From Bdellovibrionota bacterium (lineage in GTDB: Bacteria > Bdellovibrionota_C > UBA2361 > JBGSMV01): DNA of 20,849 nt. Shown in pieces: positions 6,361 through 12,874 of this stretch. The stretch lies in contig JBIKWF010000076.1 of NCBI GenBank assembly GCA_044356455.1, positions 1-20,849 of the forward strand. The letters are read 5' to 3'. The notes under the pieces were generated by a model. The model searched no databases and was not told the origin of the DNA. It saw only the letters and a list, made by a program, of their open reading frames with translations. Within the stretch, counting starts at the first letter, position 1; each line of letters opens with the position of its first letter. Made by a program: the position numbers and the translations under genes.

Positions 6361-7974
6361 CTAAGGCAGCTGAATGTAAAACTTCTGCGCCGCATTATCG
6401 CCGACGTCGTTGCTGAATTGCAGATCAATTCCCAGCTTCTCTCCGCTGTCCCAGCTCTCACTGAGACACGAAGAAAGATCAACAGTGAAAGTAATCTGGT
6501 TTGCCGAGGGGTTCGAAGTGTCAGTGTCTTGATCTACACGAGAATCTTTCAGCGCCTCTCCTTCAAGTGAAAGATTTGAATCTGTTTCCGAATAGGAACT
6601 AAGACTACAGCGGCTTGTATTCTGTCCAGAACAACCCCCGCCACCAGATGCTACGCAAGGATTATTGGGGAGGTCTATCGAAATTTTTGAATTTCCAATG
6701 TCGACAAGGGCCCCCTCTCCCGCCGCAGAGATCCCAGGACGCTGCGGCCGGTAGGCGACCAACGTCAATCGCTTATCCCAACTTCCGGGAGCGACAAATG
6801 GGTTGTTCGCGCTTCCCTGCATGCCCTCTGTGGCCGGATATACTGGTGCTACGGTTGTTGACCCCATCGTTAGAGATGCCACCTCAGGCGTGGCATTAAA
6901 GATAAAATTAAGCATAACTGGCACCGAGGTTGTCGTACCGTCCCCATTGTCGACCTCTTCAACGAGGATATCGCCAGCGCCGATCGAGGACTTTGAAGCG
7001 CCCGTCGTCAACTGAAAATCACCTGTGCTACCTGGCGTGATAGTGCCCTTGCCATCGGCATCGCTATCAAAATTCGCTGGAAACGGCTGGCCTAAATTGG
7101 TGCCAGTGCCGCCAAGAGAGCAGTATCCTAGCGAGCCGCAGTCGAGCTCGGTGGCAAGCGAACTTCCCCCGGCTACTTGAATTGCAAGATTTGAATGTGA
7201 GACCAACGTATCGATACGCTCATCCGTAACCGTCTCGGTATACGCATTCAAGCTTGATTGAATCTCAGGCTTAATGTTTGAGAACAGTTTAATGGTTGAA
7301 GGAACCACGCCTGGGCTTGGCGCGGCAAAACTTGTATCGGGATCGTATGAGTCGAGAATGCCGTCATCGTCATCGTCGCTATCAACCACATTCGCAAGCC
7401 CATCACTGTCCGCATCCATTCCCTCAGCGTTAAGTGAGATCCCCCTTCTTATTTTCGCCCGCCGCGAAGCCTCCGTTCCATAGCCAAGGGTACGAGCGGT
7501 AGCGGTTGGCTCACAGCGCGCGTTAATCGTGCCCACTGCAGACTTATCAAGCTCTGCCTTGGTAAGAGCGGCAGTCACGTAGCCCCATCCCGATTTTAGT
7601 TTTATGGAGCCGACGTTGACTACCGAACCTTTCACGTTAAATCCATACACCGCTCGTGCACTTCCGCCGCAACGCTTCTGCGCCTTTGCTTGCTGCCAAG
7701 TGTAATAGGTAGAGCCTTTTTTCACCGCGAGGATGACATTTGCGCCAAGCTCCCCGCTTTCTGAGTTCACAAGATACAGGCGGCCCTTGGACCCATCTGA
7801 GACAGACGTTCGGACAACCCCGCTCGAGGCGCTACGCGCGACAGAGCCATCAGATGCTGCCAGCACCATTAAGGTGTGTCCCGCAGGTACCTTTGCCTTT
7901 ACGGTCTTAGTAGCGGCCTGAGCCTCAGTTAACAAAGCGATACACACCGCAAGACCGAGCAGCACGTTTCTCAT
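6361..7974 (-). CDS. Secreted hypothetical protein with acidic Ca-binding-like (thrombospondin type 3-like) motif
   Basis: 537-aa ORF with GGAG upstream; signal peptide ending AQA; DADSDGLANVVDSDDDDDGILDSYDPD and DSDADGKG motifs; paired cysteines. Confidence 0.85.
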   Translation of the reverse strand: MRNVLLGLAVCIALLTEAQAATKTVKAKVPAGHTLMVLAASDGSVARSASSGVVRTSVSDGSKGRLYLVNSESGELGANVILAVKKGSTYYTWQQAKAQKRCGGSARAVYGFNVKGSVVNVGSIKLKSGWGYVTAALTKAELDKSAVGTINARCEPTATARTLGYGTEASRRAKIRRGISLNAEGMDADSDGLANVVDSDDDDDGILDSYDPDTSFAAPSPGVVPSTIKLFSNIKPEIQSSLNAYTETVTDERIDTLVSHSNLAIQVAGGSSLATELDCGSLGYCSLGGTGTNLGQPFPANFDSDADGKGTITPGSTGDFQLTTGASKSSIGAGDILVEEVDNGDGTTTSVPVMLNFIFNATPEVASLTMGSTTVAPVYPATEGMQGSANNPFVAPGSWDKRLTLVAYRPQRPGISAAGEGALVDIGNSKISIDLPNNPCVASGGGGCSGQNTSRCSLSSYSETDSNLSLEGEALKDSRVDQDTDTSNPSANQITFTVDLSSCLSESWDSGEKLGIDLQFSNDVGDNAAQKFYIQLP

Positions 7975-8183
7975 AATTCTGATCTCCCTGGGTTAAACCA
8001 CCTATGAGATGCGAAGGCTTGCCCAGAGGATCTTGAGATATCTATTCATATTTCTTTGGGCCAAACACAGTTAGAGAGTTTCTCGCGTAATAAGGATTTA
8101 GCTCTTCTCTGTACTGTCTTACTCCGCGCAACCTGCCTTCAGAGGGGGGGAGGGCACTTATATGCCTCCAAGTCGGGAGCGTT

Positions 8184-8876
8184 CTATAAATTATCTATCC
8201 CAAAGCTGTATTCAACCAGCTTCCCGCCATAGAAGTAATAGCGGGCGTAATAGGAAAGTGCATCGTAGTGCTTGAGAAAATCAGAGGTCAAGTTCGTCTC
8301 AATAGAATAAATGATCACCGTGTATGGTCCTTGCGTGTCCACCTTGAATTGGTTCCCAAAGTAAGAAGTTACCTCACTCAGAGACATGCCAAGCTTAATC
8401 CCACGGAAAGAAATGAATTGTTCTAGCGGGAGGACACAGGGCTCAGGCAATTTTGTCTGCTCGCTTGAACTGCCTGTTGGAGAAGGGCCCGGTGAAGAAT
8501 AGTCCGCCTCGAGGGAGGCCTCCAAGGCTTTTCGCCTCTCCTGCCCCACGACGCTAAATTGCTGAAAGCTATTCTTCCAGCGCCCTGTATAGTGAATAAG
8601 CTCAAGCAACTCTTTTTTGTCACTACTAGTACACCTGAGCAACTCTCGCCGATTCCCTGCCGGACGAAGCACCAGCTGACTCCCAAGCACATCTTCGGCG
8701 CTTTGCCGGTAACTCAGGAGGATGCCACTTACCCCAAGATCCACATTCTTGGGATATGAGTTAGGGGGAGACTGGGCCTCTACTACGCAGGGGCCAATTG
8801 CCTCGCAATAGGAGCAAAGCAAGCAGGCCCCAAGAAGTTGAAAGATTCTCCGCACCGTGAAGACATGTAATTGCAT
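8184..8876 (-). CDS. Hypothetical, probably exported protein
   Basis: 230-aa ORF filling the gap; hydrophobic Cys-containing N-terminus; C-terminal GIKLGMSLSEVTSYFG motif like BamE/BLIP-type small domains; start uncertain. Confidence 0.65.
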   Translation of the reverse strand: MQLHVFTVRRIFQLLGACLLCSYCEAIGPCVVEAQSPPNSYPKNVDLGVSGILLSYRQSAEDVLGSQLVLRPAGNRRELLRCTSSDKKELLELIHYTGRWKNSFQQFSVVGQERRKALEASLEADYSSPGPSPTGSSSEQTKLPEPCVLPLEQFISFRGIKLGMSLSEVTSYFGNQFKVDTQGPYTVIIYSIETNLTSDFLKHYDALSYYARYYFYGGKLVEYSFGIDNL

Positions 8877-9092
8877 GGTTGAAGTATAAAGCTCCGCTTA
8901 GTGAGCGCCAGACCGAATTAGAGCCTTTAATCGAGAGGAATGAATGGAAATTTCGCATGAAAGGCGACACGCAGTACCTTTGGCTCTAGTAGTGGACTCG
9001 AGTTTGGGTCAAATTCAGCTTAAGGGCGACCAGCAGACGTATGAAGAATTCCATTCCCGAATTTCGATTCCGGGATTTATGAGGAGGACAGC

Positions 9093-9482
9093 ATGACCAT
9101 TTACATGTGGATAGCAACCGTCGCGTGGCTTTGCCTCATCAGCGGCTACCTTGCCCGAAAGAAGCGCTCCCTACACGTGACGCTGATGCGCACGGGCATT
9201 TTTCTTGATATTGGCCTCGTCCTATATCTGCAGTTTACAAGGGGAGCAATTCAAACAGCACTTAGCTTCGAGCTCGCGCTCCTAAAGCAACTGCATATCG
9301 CAGCCTCAACAATTGCTTTGTTGCTTTACTTTCCTATTCTTTATCTTGGCTTCCAACTTCTCAAGGGAAGAGGCACCGCGGAAACGAGGGCCCTGCATAT
9401 TAAGGTAGGAACCACCGCGCTTTTCTTTAGAACTCTTGGATTCTTGCTGATGTTCTCGATGTGGAAAAGCGGTGTTCCGTAG
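9093..9482 (+). CDS. Four-TM membrane protein, DUF420-like
   Basis: GAGGAGG Shine-Dalgarno; four hydrophobic segments with His residues (SLHVTLM, QLHIAAS, ALHIKVG). Confidence 0.8.
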   Translation: MTIYMWIATVAWLCLISGYLARKKRSLHVTLMRTGIFLDIGLVLYLQFTRGAIQTALSFELALLKQLHIAASTIALLLYFPILYLGFQLLKGRGTAETRALHIKVGTTALFFRTLGFLLMFSMWKSGVP

Positions 9483-9521
9483 CAATCTGGCCCCAGAGAA
9501 TCTCTGCCATATCTTACCTAG

Positions 9522-9651
9522 GGCCTCTCTGAGAAACCTTCCTCTGTGTACCTCCGTGTCCTCCGTGGTGAAATTTTCATGAAAAAATTCACCTCAGAGG
9601 GCACGGACGTGCACTGAGGTGTCTTATGAATAAAGGTCTTTCAGGGATTCC
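9522..9651. mobile_element. Diverged element C: degenerate shell plus palindromic 9-nt-unit core, without the 56-bp insert
   Basis: Ends GGCCTCTCTGAGAAAC / GTCTTTCAGGGATTCC flanked by CTAG/CCAG; core cctctgtgtacctccgtgtcctccgtggtgaa...ttcacctcagagggcacggacgtgcactgagg. Confidence 0.7.
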
Positions 9652-9679
9652 CCAGAGGCACGAAACAGATTGACTGAAG

Positions 9680-10129
9680 TCACTTCGACTCGAGTGCCGT
9701 TTTGGATTCCTGGTCAGGGGCAGAAGATTGGGAGGAGGCTTGAATGCCCAACTCAAGCACCGTGCTCAGCAGCTTCTTTAAATCTAGTGGCTTTACCACA
9801 TACGCTTCACAGCCGGCCTTAAAGGCTCCTAAGACGGAAGCCGGGTCATCCAAGGCCGTAGTCATTACAACCTTTACGCCGTCGAGTCCTCCGATCCCAC
9901 GACTTTCTTCAAGTTCGCGAATCTTTTTAAGGGCTTCGAGACCTGAAAGCTGAGGCATGTTAATGTCGAGGCAAATCAAATCATAGGGCTCCTGAGAAGC
10001 GAGCGCTGTTGCGAAAGCTTCGACCGCTTCCTTGCCATCAACGGCAAAATCGCATTCGCCATGTGCCTTAAGGAGCTGGTGAAGAATCTTTCGACTTACG
10101 AAATCGTCCTCAGCGACAAGCACTTTCAT
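9680..10129 (-). CDS. Single-domain response regulator (receiver); alternative start 10135
   Basis: VLVAEDD, LDINMPQLSG, VMTTA, YVVKP. Confidence 0.92.
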   Translation of the reverse strand: MKVLVAEDDFVSRKILHQLLKAHGECDFAVDGKEAVEAFATALASQEPYDLICLDINMPQLSGLEALKKIRELEESRGIGGLDGVKVVMTTALDDPASVLGAFKAGCEAYVVKPLDLKKLLSTVLELGIQASSQSSAPDQESKTALESK

Positions 10130-10341
10130 AATCATCCAATCATAGTAGTCGTATAGATACCGTCGGAGTTTCTAGTTCGAAGCTAAAGGGAAGCATGCAC
10201 AGGATTCAACCCCTAGGGTTCTGCCAGCGGGCAGAGAGCTCATGAGTAGGTAAACTTCCTAGGTGTCTGCCATGGAGGACGGCAAACAGCTCTATCTCAT
10301 GACATCCCTTTGAGCCGATTCGCAGCCCAGGCCGGGTTGTT

Positions 10342-11937
10342 TCACAAGACGTTGCACTTCTCGAGCCAGACCCTAATTTTTTTGTCGCCCTCTGTGAGGC
10401 CAAAGAGCTGCTGCGGCTTGCAGCCTCCCTCAAATGCGCTGAGTCCCAGCTTCCCTGGGTCGATGCCTTGCTCACGAAGTTTAGCCAGGACATCGTCTGG
10501 AATAAGCTCCTCCAGGCGTTCCACGCTCGTTCCTGGCAAAGTCACTCGCGCCTTCTGCTCTCCACGTTCTTCGACAAGTATCTGAAGCTGAGTTTCACTG
10601 GACATTTCTCGAGCGGCCAGGCTGAGATCTGCTGCGCCACCCATACTCTCAGCAGGTACGACAGATCGATTTGAAGCCGCTGAAAGGCCAAGCTTCTCAA
10701 GTTCAGCGCTCCAATCGAGACTCACACCAAGTGCTCCAAGCTGATGGAGAAGACCGGAGAACGAACGAATGAAAAAGGTCAAAGAAGCGGGGCCTGCCAT
10801 CCTAAAATTCCATCTATCTGACCCGAGAATGGCCTCGAGCTGCTCGCTTAGTTTCCACTCTCGTACGTCAAATTTTCCCGCTGACGAAAAGGGCAGAAGC
10901 AGCAGTTCTAGAATATCAGGCAACTTTGCTTGAAAGGAGGTTAAAAGAGCTGCTTTGAAGCCCATCGCTTTGAAGAAAGCGAATGCCTCCTTAGGCTGAA
11001 TATTGCCAATTCTTGAGCAAAGCTCGCGCAATGCGAAAAGCTCTTCAGGGGAAAGATGGTACCTACAGCCAAAGTCTAAAATTCCCACCTGCATCTCTGA
11101 AGCTTCGACCTGAAATCTATAGTTCCCCGCGTGTGGATCTGCATGGAGCTCTCCCCACACAAGCCAGCTGCGCAGGAACCAGCGCAGGAGAATCTGTCCC
11201 ACTCGCTCACGGCGCGCACCATCGATGTGTAGAATTTCCTCTAAGCGCTGCCCATCAATCCATGACATGGTGAGCACAGAAGGAGAACACAGCGCTGAGA
11301 TGGGCTTCGGGACTACGATTCCATCAATCTCTGCGGTACGCGAAACAGCGCGCTCGAGAGCCCTACGTTCGCTTTCATAATCGAGTTCTGCGGCAATTCC
11401 GGCTCCAAGAGTAGCGCGGTACTCTTTCATATCCAGATCGTGTCCGCTCTTTCCTTTTGCCGCAACAGACAGAGGCGCAAGGAGAAGGCCGAGAGCAGAG
11501 AGGTCTACCGCTAACGCCTCGGCGATGCCTGGATACTGAGCTTTAACAGCGACTTGCTCACCTGTTTTCAGTTCGGCCCTGTGGACCTGACCAATCGAAG
11601 CAGCAAATCCCCTGCCTTCAAAGGAGTTGAACTGGTTGTATTTTTCTTGGCCTAACCTATCACGAACCCACCCACAGAACTCAGCGACGGGAGCCGCCTG
11701 CCCCTCCTCGGTGAGCGGCGAAAAGACACCTGTCTTGCCCTCCTCATCAGGATCAACATCACGAAGGCTCAGCAATTGCCCTATTTTCTGGGGAAGTCCT
11801 CGCAGGGATCCCATGCGAGAGGCCAAGGCTTGAGAGGCTTCCCGGCGGTCAGACGCCTGTCCAGAACGTACGCGGAGGAACTCCGCTCCGAGAAGGGCGA
11901 GATCGACTCCACGTGAAATCTTGTTTCGAATTGCCAT
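10342..11937 (-). CDS. ABC1/UbiB (AarF) family atypical kinase with C-terminal extension
   Basis: KIGQLLS, AASIGQVHRA, VAVKAQYPG, ELDYESE, HADPHAGNY, ILDFG; ATG 11937 preferred because the track start (12006) lies inside the MITE. Confidence 0.9.
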   Translation of the reverse strand: MAIRNKISRGVDLALLGAEFLRVRSGQASDRREASQALASRMGSLRGLPQKIGQLLSLRDVDPDEEGKTGVFSPLTEEGQAAPVAEFCGWVRDRLGQEKYNQFNSFEGRGFAASIGQVHRAELKTGEQVAVKAQYPGIAEALAVDLSALGLLLAPLSVAAKGKSGHDLDMKEYRATLGAGIAAELDYESERRALERAVSRTAEIDGIVVPKPISALCSPSVLTMSWIDGQRLEEILHIDGARRERVGQILLRWFLRSWLVWGELHADPHAGNYRFQVEASEMQVGILDFGCRYHLSPEELFALRELCSRIGNIQPKEAFAFFKAMGFKAALLTSFQAKLPDILELLLLPFSSAGKFDVREWKLSEQLEAILGSDRWNFRMAGPASLTFFIRSFSGLLHQLGALGVSLDWSAELEKLGLSAASNRSVVPAESMGGAADLSLAAREMSSETQLQILVEERGEQKARVTLPGTSVERLEELIPDDVLAKLREQGIDPGKLGLSAFEGGCKPQQLFGLTEGDKKIRVWLEKCNVL

Positions 11938-11964
11938 GGCGACTCTCTTCCCGTGTCTCGAACT

Positions 11965-12077
11965 AGGAGTGTGTCCCGTAGAAACATAAATCTTCATTTC
12001 GGACACAATCCGTAGGTGGGCTGTCCCGCTGCCACCACAACATGTAGTGGTGAGAGTTTTCTACGGGGCAGACTCCT
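11965..12077. mobile_element. 113-bp MITE-like element, copy 2
   Basis: 20-bp TIRs (2 mismatches); CTAG at both ends (11963-11966, 12076-12079); about 94% identical to 234-346. Confidence 0.85.
12003..12050. promoter_or_regulatory. Tandem NrdR-box-like motifs inside MITE copy 2
   Basis: ACACAATCCGTAGGTG (12003-12018) and CCACAACATGTAGTGG (12035-12050); both identical to copy 1. Confidence 0.45.
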
Positions 12078-12230
12078 AGGCGAACCGGCTCCTCCGGCTG
12101 CATATATGATGTGATGAGCGAGGGGAACGGTGATAAAACACCCGGATGCCAGGGCATTAATTTTTTACGTGACCATTTTACCGATACTCTGCATCGTAGT
12201 AAGGGTACTCAAGGACAATAGCAGCACGCC

Positions 12231-12611
12231 ATGGAAATTCCTGAAGAGATTAAGCTATTTCTGCTCGAGAGCTACGAAAACCTCGACAAGGTTGAGCAGG
12301 ACTTGCTTGCCCTTGAAAAAGATCCTTCAAATGCCGGCCTGCTCAATAGTGTTTTTCGCTGCATTCACACGATTAAGGGCAATAGTGGCTTTTTGGGGCT
12401 CTCGACCCTAGAGGTCGTCTGTCATAAGGGCGAAGCTGTCCTTGATCGCCTTCGCTCCGGTGCTCTTCAATTCAGTGAGGGACTTAACTCTGACCTCTTG
12501 GGTTTCATTGATTTTGTCCGCCTTGAGCTTCAGGGAGTTGAATCCTCGGGGGAAGATCCAAACTTAGCTTCAGAACCCACTCTTCATCGCCTCTCAAAAT
12601 ACCTGAACTAA
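12231..12611 (+). CDS. Stand-alone Hpt (CheA P1-like) protein
   Basis: FLLESYENLD...FRCIHTIKGNSGFLGL...CHKGEAVLDRLRSG; stops at 126 aa. Confidence 0.9.
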   Translation: MEIPEEIKLFLLESYENLDKVEQDLLALEKDPSNAGLLNSVFRCIHTIKGNSGFLGLSTLEVVCHKGEAVLDRLRSGALQFSEGLNSDLLGFIDFVRLELQGVESSGEDPNLASEPTLHRLSKYLN

Positions 12612-12660
12612 TTCTTCAAGATTGCTTCCTGGAAAACAGTTCTTTACGCCGAGATCCCGC

Positions 12661-12688
12661 TAAAGAATTCGCTGCCCCTATTCGATAG
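12661..12688 (+). promoter_or_regulatory. Candidate sigma-28 (FliA/SigD) promoter upstream of cheA
   Basis: TAAAG...TTCGATAG with TAAA-N16 spacing, compared with consensus TAAA-N15/16-GCCGATAA; context fits. Confidence 0.35.
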
Positions 12689-12874
12689 CGACTATATACG
12701 ACGGGAACCGAGTGCAGATCGTTCTGCATCGTAGAACTGATACGAGCGGAAACTCCAGCGGATCACCGCGACCATAGAAATTCGAGAGCCCCCGCTAGCA
12801 CTCTCCCATTTCTTAGGTTGCCCTCTGGCCTCCGCGGCAATCAGGTTGCTCCAACTAAGAGGTAGAGGAAGAGT

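Noticed and set aside
6054..6570. ORFs 6054-6482 and 6265-6570 with DAEYAE peptides
   Set aside because: Translations of the 9-nt repeat units overlapping real genes
8008..8024. GG-N10-GC sigma-54-like site upstream of the 537-aa gene
   Set aside because: Poor match to TGGCACG-N4-TTGC outside the two dinucleotides
8144..8150. G7 tract as a phase-variation switch
   Set aside because: Short, intergenic and not linked to an identifiable promoter
10270..10335. c-di-GMP-I riboswitch suggested by GGCAAAC
   Set aside because: No GNRA-capped P2 or GACGCAAA segment, and it is antisense to the neighbouring genes
11938..12006. ORF-track N-terminus of the ABC1 kinase
   Set aside because: Largely MITE-derived; the native start is more likely 11937
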